64,000 bases of DNA. It comes from an uncultured Dehalococcoidia bacterium (GTDB taxonomy: Bacteria; Chloroflexota; Dehalococcoidia; Bin125). Below are positions 36,321 through 45,658 of this stretch, in pieces. Where the stretch lies: the NCBI GenBank assembly GCA_958295515.1, contig CATQGW010000001.1, positions 1,006,658 through 1,070,657 on the forward strand, written 5' to 3'. A program made the translations under genes and the position numbers. The number at the start of each line of letters is the position of its first letter. The first letter of the stretch is position 1. The notes under the pieces were generated by a model. The model had not been told where the DNA came from, made no database searches, and saw only the letters and a program-made list of their open reading frames with translations.

Positions 36321-37187
36321 GTGCAAGCCGTCAAATATGTGCGCGCCGCCAGCGTTGACGAGGCGTCCCGATTGCTGCAAGAGGGCGGCGAGGGGGCTCG
36401 TGTGCTGGCGGGCGGAACCGATGTGATCGTCCAGGCGCGCGAGCGCACCCGCGAGATTGACCTCTTCGTGGACATCAAGCAGATCGCGGAGACGATGAGC
36501 ATCGCCTACGACGCCGCCGACGGGCTGAGCATCGGCGCGGCGGCGCCGTGCCACGAGATCTACGGCAATGAGACGGTGCGGGAGCTCTACCCGTCGCTGG
36601 TCGACTCGACCTCGCTGATCGGCGGCACAGCAATTCAGGGGCGCGCCAGCCTGGGCGGGAACCTGTGCAACTCGTCGCCGGCGGCCGACGGCATTCCGAC
36701 GCTGATCGTGCTTGAGGCGACGGTGGAGATCGCCGGTCCGAACGGACGCCGCAGCGTGGCGGTGGAGGATTTCTGCACCGCGCCGGGGCGCAACGTGCTG
36801 GAGTCCGGCGAGTTCGTGGTCTCGCTCAAGTTTCCCACGCCGGCGGCGGGCAGCGGGGCGCGTTTCCTGCGCTTCATTCCGCGCAACGAGATGGATATCG
36901 CGGTGACCAACGCGGCGACGCAGGTGCGGATCGAGAACGGCTCGGTTTCGTGGGCGCGCGTCTCGATCGGTGCGGTGGCTCCGATTCCGCTGCTGGTCGC
37001 CGATGCCGCGGCGGCGCTGGTTGGGCAGCCGCTCAGCGATGAGACGATTGCGGCGGCGGCGGCGGCTTCGCGCGCCGCGGCCAGCCCGATTGACGACATG
37101 CGCGGCTCGATTCGCCAGCGCCGGCATCTGGCCGGCGTGCTGACCGAGCGCACCATCCGCCAGGCCGCCGAACGCGCGGCCGCCTAA
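36321..37187 (+). CDS. Molybdenum hydroxylase FAD-binding medium subunit (CoxM/XdhB-like).
   Basis: FAD_binding_5 features: VLAGGTDVIV and GTAIQGRASLGGNLC. Confidence 0.75.
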   Translation: MQAVKYVRAASVDEASRLLQEGGEGARVLAGGTDVIVQARERTREIDLFVDIKQIAETMSIAYDAADGLSIGAAAPCHEIYGNETVRELYPSLVDSTSLIGGTAIQGRASLGGNLCNSSPAADGIPTLIVLEATVEIAGPNGRRSVAVEDFCTAPGRNVLESGEFVVSLKFPTPAAGSGARFLRFIPRNEMDIAVTNAATQVRIENGSVSWARVSIGAVAPIPLLVADAAAALVGQPLSDETIAAAAAASRAAASPIDDMRGSIRQRRHLAGVLTERTIRQAAERAAA

Positions 37188-37226
37188 ACCCATAGACCGC
37201 AGACCCAGATCGGAAGGGGAGCCATC

Positions 37227-37712
37227 GTGACGACCCAGACCTCGCACATCGTCGTGAACACGACCATCAACGGCGAGCCCACCGTCTTTCTCGCCAACGA
37301 GCGCGACAGCCTGCTGGAAGCGCTGCGCGACCGGATTGGCCTGACGGGCGCGAAAGAGGGCTGCAACAACGGCAACTGCGGCGCGTGCTGCGTGAACCTC
37401 GACGGGCGGATTGTCAACTCCTGCCTGGTGATGGCCGCCGAGGTGGAGGGTTCGGAGGTGCGCACCGTCGAGGGGCTGGCGGACGGCGACCAGCTGTCGC
37501 CGCTGCAGAACGCCTTCCTGGAGGAGGCCGCGCTGCAGTGCGGCATCTGCACGCCGGGCTTCCTGGTCGCGGCGGAGGCGCTGCTGGAGCAGAATCCGGA
37601 TCCCAGCGAGCACGAAATCCGCTACTGGCTGGCCGGCAATCTCTGCCGCTGCACGGGCTACGACAAGATCATCCGCGCCGTGCAGCTGGCCGCCGGGCAG
37701 GGCCAGGACTAA
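37227..37712 (+). CDS. Molybdenum hydroxylase [2Fe-2S] small subunit (CoxS-like).
   Basis: CNNGNCGAC and CGICTPGF...CRCTGY cysteine clusters. Confidence 0.8.
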   Translation: MTTQTSHIVVNTTINGEPTVFLANERDSLLEALRDRIGLTGAKEGCNNGNCGACCVNLDGRIVNSCLVMAAEVEGSEVRTVEGLADGDQLSPLQNAFLEEAALQCGICTPGFLVAAEALLEQNPDPSEHEIRYWLAGNLCRCTGYDKIIRAVQLAAGQGQD

Positions 37713-37785
37713 CCGCGCAAGACACGGCAACAAGACACGGCAACAAGCCGCGCAATCGAGCCGATCAGCGAAGGGACGCACCGCA

Positions 37786-40077
37786 ATGGTCACCGCACAG
37801 AGTGAAGTCGCCAGCCAGTACAACGTGATCGGCACCCGCCCGATCCGCCACGACGGAGTGGACAAGGTCACGGGCGCCGCGCAGTACGGCGCGGATTTGC
37901 AGTTGCCGGGCATGCTCTACGGGCGGGTGCTGCGCAGCCCGCACGCGCACGCGCGGATCGTGAGCATCGACACCAGCAAGGCGGCGGCGCTGGAGGGTGT
38001 CAAGTCGGTGATCACGAACGCGGACTTCCCCCGCGCGAGCGATGACGTGATCGACACCGGCGAGGGCTCGGCGCAGCTGAACTGGCTGCTGGACAACGTG
38101 ATCGCTTCGGACAAGGCGCTCTACAAGGGCCACGCGATCGCCGCGGTCGCGGCGGTGGACCACCACATCGCCGAGGACGCGATTGAGCTGATCGAGGTGG
38201 AGTACGAGCTGCTGCCGCCGGTGCTCGACGTGCGCGACGCGATGCTGGACACCGCGCCGAAGCTGCACGACGGGCTGAAGACGGGCGAGATGGACGGCTC
38301 GAAGAGCGACGGCGACAGCAACACCGCGTCGCACCTGCGTTTCGCCAAGGGCGACATGGAGGCGGGCTTCGCGGACGCGGATGTGGTGATTGAGCGCGAG
38401 TTCGTGACCTCGATGGCGCACCAGGGCTACATCGAGCCGCACAACGGGACGGCCTACTGGCGCGCCGACGGCACGCTTGATGTCTGGACCAGCACGCAGG
38501 GCTCGTTCGTGGTGCGCGACTCGGTCGCGCCGCTGGTGCAGCTCTCGCCCTCGCAGGTGAAGGTCACGCCGATGGAGATCGGCGGCGGCTTCGGGGGCAA
38601 GATTCCGGTCTACCTCGAGCCGCTGGCGGCGATCCTCTCGCGCAACACGGGGCGGCCGGTGCAGCTGACGATGAACCGCGAGGAAGTGCTGCTGGCGACC
38701 GGGCCCACCTCGGGCACGTACATGCGGGTGAAGATGGGCGCGAAGCGGGATGGGACGCTGACCGCGGGCGAGGTGTACCTCGCCTTCGAAGCGGGCGCAT
38801 ACCCCGGCTCCCCCGTCGGCGCGGGCGCGATGTGCGCGCTGGCGCCCTACGACATCCCCAACCAGGTGATCGACGGCTACGACGTGGTGGTGAACAAGCC
38901 GAAGACGGCGGCCTACCGCGCGCCGGGCGCGCCGCAGGCGGAGTTCGCGACCGAAGCGGTGATCAACGAGCTCGCCGAGCAGCTGCAGATCGACCCGCTC
39001 GAGCTGCGGCTCCAAAACGCCGCCGTGGAGGGCGCGTCGCGCGCCGACGGCTTCACCTACGGGGTGATCGGCAACGTGGAGTGCATGCAGGCGGCGCAGG
39101 ACAGCTCGCACTGGAATTCCGAGCTGGCGGGCCCGAATCAGGGCCGCGGGGTCGCGCAGGGCTTCTGGTTCAACATCGGCTTCGAGTCGAGCGCCTACGC
39201 GCAGGTCAACGGCGACGGGACCGTGCCGCTGGTGCTGGGCTCGACGGATATCGGCGGCACCCGCGCGTCGATCGCGATGCAGCTGGCGGAGACGCTGGGG
39301 ATCAGCGCCGAGGAGGTCCGCCCGCACGTGGTGGACACGAACAGCGTGGGCTACACGCAGGTGACCGGCGGCAGCCGCACGACCTTCGCCGGCGGCTGGG
39401 CGGCCTACGAGTGCGCGATGGACATTCGGCGTCAGATGGCGGAGCGCGCCGCGCAAATCTGGGAGGTCGACGCGGCCGAGGTGGAGTACGGCGACGACGC
39501 GGTGATCCGCGGCCCGGCGGACGATGAGGGCAACGAGCGATCGTTCGGCTTCAAGGAGCTGGCCGGCCAGCTCGCCGCCAGCGGCGGGCACATTGTGGGC
39601 CGCGCCGACGTCAACAAGACCTCCTCCGGCCCCGCCTTCGCTACCCATATCGTCGATGTGGAGGTCGATCCCGACACCGGCAAGGTTGATGTGCTGCGCT
39701 ACACGGCGGTGCAGGATGCGGGCACGGCGATTCACCCGGCCTACGTCGAGGGGCAGATGCAGGGCGGCGCGGCGCAGGGCATCGGGATGGCGCTCAACGA
39801 GGAGTACTACTACGACGAGAGCGGCGACCTGAAGAACGCGAGTCTGCTGGACTACCGGATGCCGACCGCGCTGGACTTGCCGATGATCGAGCCGATCATC
39901 GTGGAGGTGCCCAATCCGGGCCACCCGTACGGGGTGCGGGGCGTCGGCGAGGTGCCGATCATCCCGCCCGCGCCGGCGATCCAGGCGGCGATTGCGGATG
40001 CGGTGGGTCTGCGCATGAACGAGCTGCCGATCTCGCCGCGTGCGATCCTCGAGGCGACGCTGCCCGAGGAGGGCTAG
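37786..40077 (+). CDS. Molybdopterin-binding large subunit of the xanthine dehydrogenase / aldehyde oxidase family (CoxL-like, not form I CODH).
   Basis: 763 aa. The active-site loop reads AAYRAPGAPQ, not the form I motif VAYRCSFR. Confidence 0.75.
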   Translation: MVTAQSEVASQYNVIGTRPIRHDGVDKVTGAAQYGADLQLPGMLYGRVLRSPHAHARIVSIDTSKAAALEGVKSVITNADFPRASDDVIDTGEGSAQLNWLLDNVIASDKALYKGHAIAAVAAVDHHIAEDAIELIEVEYELLPPVLDVRDAMLDTAPKLHDGLKTGEMDGSKSDGDSNTASHLRFAKGDMEAGFADADVVIEREFVTSMAHQGYIEPHNGTAYWRADGTLDVWTSTQGSFVVRDSVAPLVQLSPSQVKVTPMEIGGGFGGKIPVYLEPLAAILSRNTGRPVQLTMNREEVLLATGPTSGTYMRVKMGAKRDGTLTAGEVYLAFEAGAYPGSPVGAGAMCALAPYDIPNQVIDGYDVVVNKPKTAAYRAPGAPQAEFATEAVINELAEQLQIDPLELRLQNAAVEGASRADGFTYGVIGNVECMQAAQDSSHWNSELAGPNQGRGVAQGFWFNIGFESSAYAQVNGDGTVPLVLGSTDIGGTRASIAMQLAETLGISAEEVRPHVVDTNSVGYTQVTGGSRTTFAGGWAAYECAMDIRRQMAERAAQIWEVDAAEVEYGDDAVIRGPADDEGNERSFGFKELAGQLAASGGHIVGRADVNKTSSGPAFATHIVDVEVDPDTGKVDVLRYTAVQDAGTAIHPAYVEGQMQGGAAQGIGMALNEEYYYDESGDLKNASLLDYRMPTALDLPMIEPIIVEVPNPGHPYGVRGVGEVPIIPPAPAIQAAIADAVGLRMNELPISPRAILEATLPEEG

Positions 40078-40102
40078 GCGTCGGAGCGTCGCTGTGGTCC
40101 GA

Positions 40103-40357
40103 GTGTTGATCCCGGTCACGCTCCGCACGCTCAGCGGCGGCGAGGCCGAGATTGAGGCTGTCGGACATAATCTGCGCAGTGTGATCGCGGATCTGGGCGA
40201 GCGTTACCCGGAGCTTGCCGGGCGTTTGGTGCAGGATGGCCGTATCGGCCGCGGCCTGACGCTCGCGATCAACGGGGATGTGGTGAGTACGGGCCTGATC
40301 ACCAAGGTGCCGGCGGATGCGGAGATTGCGATTGTGCCGCAGATTAGTGGGGGCTAG
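40103..40357 (+). CDS. MoaD/ThiS-like ubiquitin-fold sulfur-carrier protein ending in Gly-Gly.
   Basis: GTG start. ~84 aa ending ...AEIAIVPQISGG. Its last ~40 bp are duplicated at 42283..42323. Confidence 0.6.
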   Translation: MLIPVTLRTLSGGEAEIEAVGHNLRSVIADLGERYPELAGRLVQDGRIGRGLTLAINGDVVSTGLITKVPADAEIAIVPQISGG

Positions 40358-42323
40358 AGGAGACGAAGATGAAACAGATCGAATCCGAGACGCCATCGGT
40401 CAGCAAGCTGCTCGGCGATACGCGCTACAACATTGACTACTACCAGCGCGAGTACCGCTGGGAGCGGCGACAGGTAGCACAGCTGCTAGACGACCTCTTC
40501 AGCGCTTTTCGCGAGTCGCATGATGGGGAGCATGCTCGGGACAAGGTCGCCACGTACGGACAGTACTTCTTGGGCCCAATCATCGTAAATTGCAGAGAGG
40601 CTGTGACTGACATCGTCGATGGCCAGCAGCGTGTCACAACTCTGACGCTCTTGCTCATTGCGCTCCGGCGTCGCATTCAAGACGAGAATCAGCGAGGCAG
40701 TCTCGCGAACTTGGTCGTGACCCACCAGTTCGGGCAACCAACCTTCACGTTGGACGTGCCCGAGCGCGCGCCTTGCATGGATGCGCTGTACACCGAGCAG
40801 GTCCTCGATCCTGCTTCGGCGGACCCGGCTGTTCGCAAGATCCTCGATTCGCGGGACCCGTCAGTTCGCAACATTCTGGATCGTTTCGCAGACGTTGAGG
40901 AACTGCTGGACGGCGGCCTGGATATGGACGCGTTGCCTTACTTCGCCGACTGGCTTATGTATCGAGTCAAGATGGTCAGCGTGATCGCAACATCGGAAGC
41001 TGACGCCTACACGATTTTCGAGACGATGAATGACCGTGGTCTTCGGCTGACGGCGCCAGAGATGCTTCGTGGCTACCTGCTCTCGCGAATCGAGGACGAG
41101 ACCGAGCGCTCCGAATCGAGCCAGGTGTGGAAGGAGCGAGTCAGCGAGCTGGCCGAAATTGGCAAAGAGGAGGATGTTGACGCGATTCAGGCTTGGCTTC
41201 GCGGTAGGCGCGCAGAAACCGCAAGTCGCTACGTAGCTGGTGTGGAACCGGGCGACTACGAGCGCATCGGCAACGAGTTCCACCGCTGGGTGCGGGATGT
41301 CGAAGAGGATCGATTGGCCCTTCGCTCGCCCTCGAACTTCGCGGACTTCATCCGGACAGACTTCGACTTTTACGTTGGCTGGTACGCGCGTCTGAGGCGG
41401 GCGGCGGAAACGACCACCAACGGCCTGGAGACGATCCAGTACATCGCAAGCCAGGGGTTCACCCTTCAGTACTCCCTCTTGCTGGCTGCCCTGGATGTCG
41501 GCGACAGCGAGGACCTCGCCCTGCGGAAGATTGGCGCGACCGCCGCATACATTGACATCCTGATCCATCGTCGGTTGTGGAACAGCATGCGGATCGGGCA
41601 AACCTACCTACGATTCCCGCTCTTCGATCTGGCGAAGAAAGTCCGGGCGGCGGAATCGATCGAGCAGTTGGTCAAGCTCCTCACCACTGAGATCGAGGGC
41701 AACGAGCTTGGCTTCTCACCGGACTGGCCATTTGCGCGCAATCGACGCAACGGAAACATTGTGCGTCGCATGCTCGCTCGGCTGACATCCTTCGTCGAGC
41801 GCGATCGTCCGGGCAGTGCTGGTTACGCTGAATTGCTCACCACTGGCCGCGATGGCTACGACATTGAGCACGTCATCGCGGACAAGCCGGAGCGCTACGC
41901 CGACGAGTTCGCGAATGAGGCCGAGTTCGACGCAGAGCGCAACTGGATCGGTGGGCTTTTGCTCATTCCGAGCAGCGTCAATCGCAGCTTCGGCGACCTC
42001 GCCTACGAGCCCAAGCGCGAGCACTATCTCAAAGAGAACTGGCTTGCAGCGAGCCTTCATGAGGCGGCCTATAAGCACAATCCGAAGCTCAAGCGGTTTG
42101 CGCAGGCGCGTGGCCTTGAGCTACAGGCGTATCCGCACTTCGGGCGGGCGGAGCTTGATGCTCGACAAGAGCTTTATGAGCAGATCGCTGCGGAAGTCTG
42201 GCGAGTTGACCGCATCAAGGAGGCAGCTGGTCTCCAGTTGGCGTAACCGGCAGCCGAGAAGACTCGTCGCGTGGGCACCTGATCGTGACGATTGCGATTG
42301 TGCCGCAGATTAGCGGGGGCTAG
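40321..42323. mobile_element. About 2-kb inserted segment carrying a type IV restriction gene, bounded by 38-bp imperfect direct repeats (40321-40361 and 42283-42323).
   Basis: gattgcgattgtgccgcagattagYgggggctagaggag occurs twice, with one mismatch. The second copy re-encodes ...IAIVPQISGG*. The internal GC (~58%) is lower than the flanks. No integrase or transposase is visible. Confidence 0.55.
40369..42246 (+). CDS. GmrSD-like type IV (modification-dependent) restriction endonuclease, DUF262 plus DUF1524.
   Basis: 625 aa. The N-terminal region has the DGQQR motif (VTDIVDGQQRVTTLTLLL). The C-terminal region resembles a His-Me finger (DIEHVIADKPE...NRSF). Confidence 0.7.
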   Translation: MKQIESETPSVSKLLGDTRYNIDYYQREYRWERRQVAQLLDDLFSAFRESHDGEHARDKVATYGQYFLGPIIVNCREAVTDIVDGQQRVTTLTLLLIALRRRIQDENQRGSLANLVVTHQFGQPTFTLDVPERAPCMDALYTEQVLDPASADPAVRKILDSRDPSVRNILDRFADVEELLDGGLDMDALPYFADWLMYRVKMVSVIATSEADAYTIFETMNDRGLRLTAPEMLRGYLLSRIEDETERSESSQVWKERVSELAEIGKEEDVDAIQAWLRGRRAETASRYVAGVEPGDYERIGNEFHRWVRDVEEDRLALRSPSNFADFIRTDFDFYVGWYARLRRAAETTTNGLETIQYIASQGFTLQYSLLLAALDVGDSEDLALRKIGATAAYIDILIHRRLWNSMRIGQTYLRFPLFDLAKKVRAAESIEQLVKLLTTEIEGNELGFSPDWPFARNRRNGNIVRRMLARLTSFVERDRPGSAGYAELLTTGRDGYDIEHVIADKPERYADEFANEAEFDAERNWIGGLLLIPSSVNRSFGDLAYEPKREHYLKENWLAASLHEAAYKHNPKLKRFAQARGLELQAYPHFGRAELDARQELYEQIAAEVWRVDRIKEAAGLQLA

Positions 42324-42502
42324 AGGAGGCGGCGGTGCTCGCGGCCTGATTCGTCTTCGAAGAGCACGTTGTAATCGGCGTTCGAATTGAACGGCGGGTC
42401 GAGGTAGATCAGGTCGATCGACTGATCGGGAATATGCTCCCGCATCACGCTCAGATTGTCGCCGAAGAACAGCGTGCCGCTCAGCTCGTCCGCCGTGGTC
42501 AT
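42320..42502 (-). pseudogene. N-terminal 60-aa fragment of a DNA methyltransferase (motif IV DPPF). It ends at the direct repeat.
   Basis: The fragment reads MTTADELSGTLFFGDNLSVMREHIPDQSIDLIYLDPPFNSNADYNVLFED and stops (TAG) inside the second direct repeat. Its start overlaps the FIST gene stop (ATGA). Confidence 0.6.
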
Positions 42503-43725
42503 TCGCTATCGCCTCCGGTGGTGAGTAGGGCGATGGAGGCGGTGAAGCCGTGGAGGTAGTTGGAACCGCCTACGGGGCCGATTTCGCCGTTGCAGAAGAA
42601 GCCGGCGGTGGGGAGCGGGCCGAATGCCTCCTCCAGGGCTGCGGCGTCGTGGTCGGGCTGGCCGAAGAGGCCGCGTCCGCGTCCGTTGCAGGAGCAGAGC
42701 AGCGCGCCGAGCACTTCTTCGCCTTCGCCGAGCGACTCGCGTTCGGCGGTGAGGCGGGCGCGCAGGTCGTCGTCGGCTGCGCCGGCGTCGCGGAACTGGA
42801 ATTGGAAGGTCTGGCCGACGCGCGGCACTTCATTGATGGCCAGCGCGCCCGACTCGCGGTCCGCGCCCATCACGTTGCGGATCAGGAAATCGCCGCGTTC
42901 GTGGGAGGCCTTGTACTCGTCCATCGCCAGACCGATGAGCAGGTTCTGCGCGGCGCGCTCGCGGGTCGCTTCGTCGAGCTCGGAGAGCGTCTCGGTCAGC
43001 ACTTCGAGGGCGGGGCGGGAGCCGAGCGTCTGCACCATGTTGGCGGTGCATTCGGTGACGATCCACGGCTGTCCGAGCGGCTCTGCGCCCTGGGCGACGA
43101 CGGGGCGGACGCGCACGCCGGAGAGGCCGAGCATCGCCGCGCCGCTGCGCAGCACCTGGTCGTCGATGAACACGGCCGCGCCCTCCGCCTGCCGCGCGGA
43201 TGAGGCCATGCCGCCGAGCAGCACCAGGCCCGGCCTGGTTTGCTGTAGGTGCTCAACCAGGCGGTCGGTCACGATTGTGAACGGATTGGTGAACATCAGC
43301 CAGACCTGCGGGCCGTCCTGCAGCGGCGTGAATGTGTCGTCGTCGAGCCGCTGGGGATCAATCGGCAGCGGCGTGAATTCCGCTTCGGGAATGCGCATCG
43401 CCAGCGCGGCGATCGCGTGCCCGTCCTCGGCCTCGAGCGAGGAACCGATCACGCTCTGCCCGCTGGCGCCGATCAGATGCTTCGCGCCGCTCGCCTCGCG
43501 CAGCTGGTCGATGATTTCTTGGTAGTTGTCGGCGAACGCGGAATCGATGAAGACGAGCAGTAGATCGGGGGATTGGACCTCGGCCAGCTCGGGCAGGATG
43601 CGCTGCACCGCGCCCTCCCAGCTGACATCGGTGGCGATGCTGGCGGCGGCGGCGGCGTCGCCCGCCCGCACTCGCGCGACGCCGGGACCGCCCATCTCCC
43701 GCGTGGTCTGGTGTTGACTGGTCAT
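42499..43725 (-). CDS. FIST-domain signalling protein.
   Basis: 408 aa with an FIST_N/FIST_C-like architecture. The call rests on pattern recognition of conserved glycine-rich segments and is less certain. Confidence 0.45.
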   Translation of the reverse strand: MTSQHQTTREMGGPGVARVRAGDAAAAASIATDVSWEGAVQRILPELAEVQSPDLLLVFIDSAFADNYQEIIDQLREASGAKHLIGASGQSVIGSSLEAEDGHAIAALAMRIPEAEFTPLPIDPQRLDDDTFTPLQDGPQVWLMFTNPFTIVTDRLVEHLQQTRPGLVLLGGMASSARQAEGAAVFIDDQVLRSGAAMLGLSGVRVRPVVAQGAEPLGQPWIVTECTANMVQTLGSRPALEVLTETLSELDEATRERAAQNLLIGLAMDEYKASHERGDFLIRNVMGADRESGALAINEVPRVGQTFQFQFRDAGAADDDLRARLTAERESLGEGEEVLGALLCSCNGRGRGLFGQPDHDAAALEEAFGPLPTAGFFCNGEIGPVGGSNYLHGFTASIALLTTGGDSE

Positions 43726-43802
43726 CGCCCGCTCCTCCCCCGTGTGTCGAGTGTAGGCGGCTGGGCGGGCTGCGTTTGGCGGCGGGCGGGTACCATCGTC
43801 AT

Positions 43803-44723
43803 ATGTCTGCTCTGACCACCGCCCAACTCGGCGAGCTCGACCGCACGGCCTATGAGCTGGCCGCGCGCGGCGGCGAGATCCTGCTGGACCGCTTTCAGTC
43901 GGCGCTGAACGTGCAATACAAGGACGAGAACGCGCACGACCCGGTCACGGAGGTGGACCGGGCGATCGAGGACATGGTGCGCGAGGAGGTGGGGCGGCGC
44001 TTCCCGGAGCACGGGGTGGTCGGGGAGGAGCGCGCCGACGCGGGTCCGGAGCAGGCCGATGTGGTGTGGGTGATTGATCCGCTCGACGGCACCTCGAACT
44101 TCATCAACGGGCTGGGGATGTTCGCGTGCTCGATTGGGATTTTGGAGCGGGGCGCGCCGGTCGCGGGGGCGATTTTCCTGCCGGTCAACCGCTACATGCG
44201 GCCGGGCGTTTACCACGCGCACCGCGGTTCGGGGCTGCGTTTCGACGGGGCGCGGGTGGAGCCGGCAGCGCCGGCGATTCCCCACTCGAGCCGTCTGAGC
44301 ACGGTGCCCAGCGGGACGGGCGGCGTGACCGGCCCGGCGGGGCGTCGCTTCGGCGTAGTGCGCACGCTCGGCAGCATCGCCGTGGAGCTCGCGCTGGCCG
44401 CGGAAGGCAGCGTGCAGATGGCGGTCTTCGAGGGGTCCAAGGTGTGGGATGTCGCGGGCGGTGTGGCGCTCTGCCTGGAGGCGGAGCGGGCGGTCTTCAC
44501 GCGGGCGGCGCGGGGCCCCGACTGGCGTCGCTTCACGCGCTTCGGGCAGGATCTGCGGGGACCGGTGACGAATCACACGCTGCGGGGTTGGTCGGACGCG
44601 ATTGTGGTGGGGGATCCGGCGCTGCTGCCGGAGGCGGCGGCAGATCTGCGTCGTGCGCAGGGGATGCGGGCGACGGTGCGGCGCGCTGCGGCGCGTCGGG
44701 TGCGGCGCACGCTGCGGCGCTGA
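43803..44723 (+). CDS. Inositol-monophosphatase family protein.
   Basis: WVIDPLDGTSNF and DPVTEVD metal-binding motifs. Confidence 0.75.
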   Translation: MSALTTAQLGELDRTAYELAARGGEILLDRFQSALNVQYKDENAHDPVTEVDRAIEDMVREEVGRRFPEHGVVGEERADAGPEQADVVWVIDPLDGTSNFINGLGMFACSIGILERGAPVAGAIFLPVNRYMRPGVYHAHRGSGLRFDGARVEPAAPAIPHSSRLSTVPSGTGGVTGPAGRRFGVVRTLGSIAVELALAAEGSVQMAVFEGSKVWDVAGGVALCLEAERAVFTRAARGPDWRRFTRFGQDLRGPVTNHTLRGWSDAIVVGDPALLPEAAADLRRAQGMRATVRRAAARRVRRTLRR

Positions 44724-44739
44724 GGGCGGGTTGTGGGTA

Positions 44740-45645
44740 CCCCCGTGATTCCCGCTCGGGGGCGGGAATGACGGAAAAGAGGAGTCGGAGGTTGAACGGC
44801 GAGATACCCGCGCTCCTCCGCCGTCATTGCCGCGCCCCGCCGCGGCAATCTCGCCGAGTTCAACACGGATGTTGGTGCAGGTCACGGCGAGATACCCGCG
44901 GCAAGCGCGGGTATGACGGAGTGTGTGTGGCGGGTGTGTGACGGAGCGGGCGGGTGTGTGACGGAATTGGTGGGCGGGAATGACGGAAAAGGGGAGTGGG
45001 AGGTTGAACGGGGAGATACCCGCGCTCCTCCTCCGTCATTGCCGCGTTCCGCCGCGGCAATCTCGCTGCGTTCAACACGGATGTTGGTGCAGGTCGCGGC
45101 GAGATACCCGCGGCAAGCGCGGGTATGACGGAGTGTGTGGCGGGTGTGTGACGGAGCGGGCGGGTGTGTGACGGAATTGGTGGGCGGGAATGACGGGAAG
45201 GGGGGGTCGGAGGTTGAACGGCGAGATACCCGCGCTCCTCCTCCGTCATTGCCGCGCCCCGCCGCGGCAATCTCGCTGCGTTCAACACGGATGTTGGTGC
45301 AGGTCACGGCGAGATACCCGCGGCAAGCGCGGGTATGACGGAGTGTGTGGCGGGTGTGTGACGGAGCGGGCGAGTGTGTGACGGAATTGGCGGGCGGGAA
45401 TGACGGAAAAGGGGGGTCGGAGGTTGAACGGCGAGATACCCGCGCTCCTCCTCCGTCATTGCCGCGTTCCGCCACGGCAATCTCGCTGCGTTCAACACGG
45501 ATGTTGGTGCAGGTCACGGCGAGATACCCGCGGCAAGCGCGGGTATGACGGAGTGTGTGGCGGGTGTGTGACGGAGCGGTCGGGTGTGTGACGGAATTGG
45601 TGGGCGGGAATGACGGAACTTGAGGTGGGCGGGGATGACGGAGGT
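44740..45645. repeat. Tandem array (4 copies of ~210 bp) of nested palindromes: type B, type C (ATTGCCGCG-N6-CGCGGCAAT) and type A.
   Basis: The unit ggttgaacggcgagatacccgcgctcctcc...gtcattgccgcg...cgcggcaatctcgc...gttcaacacggatgttggtgcaggtcacggcgagatacccgcggcaagcgcgggtatgacgg... repeats every 210 bp. The track ORFs here are offset by exactly 210. Confidence 0.9.
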
Positions 45646-45658
45646 GGCGAGCCGTGGG

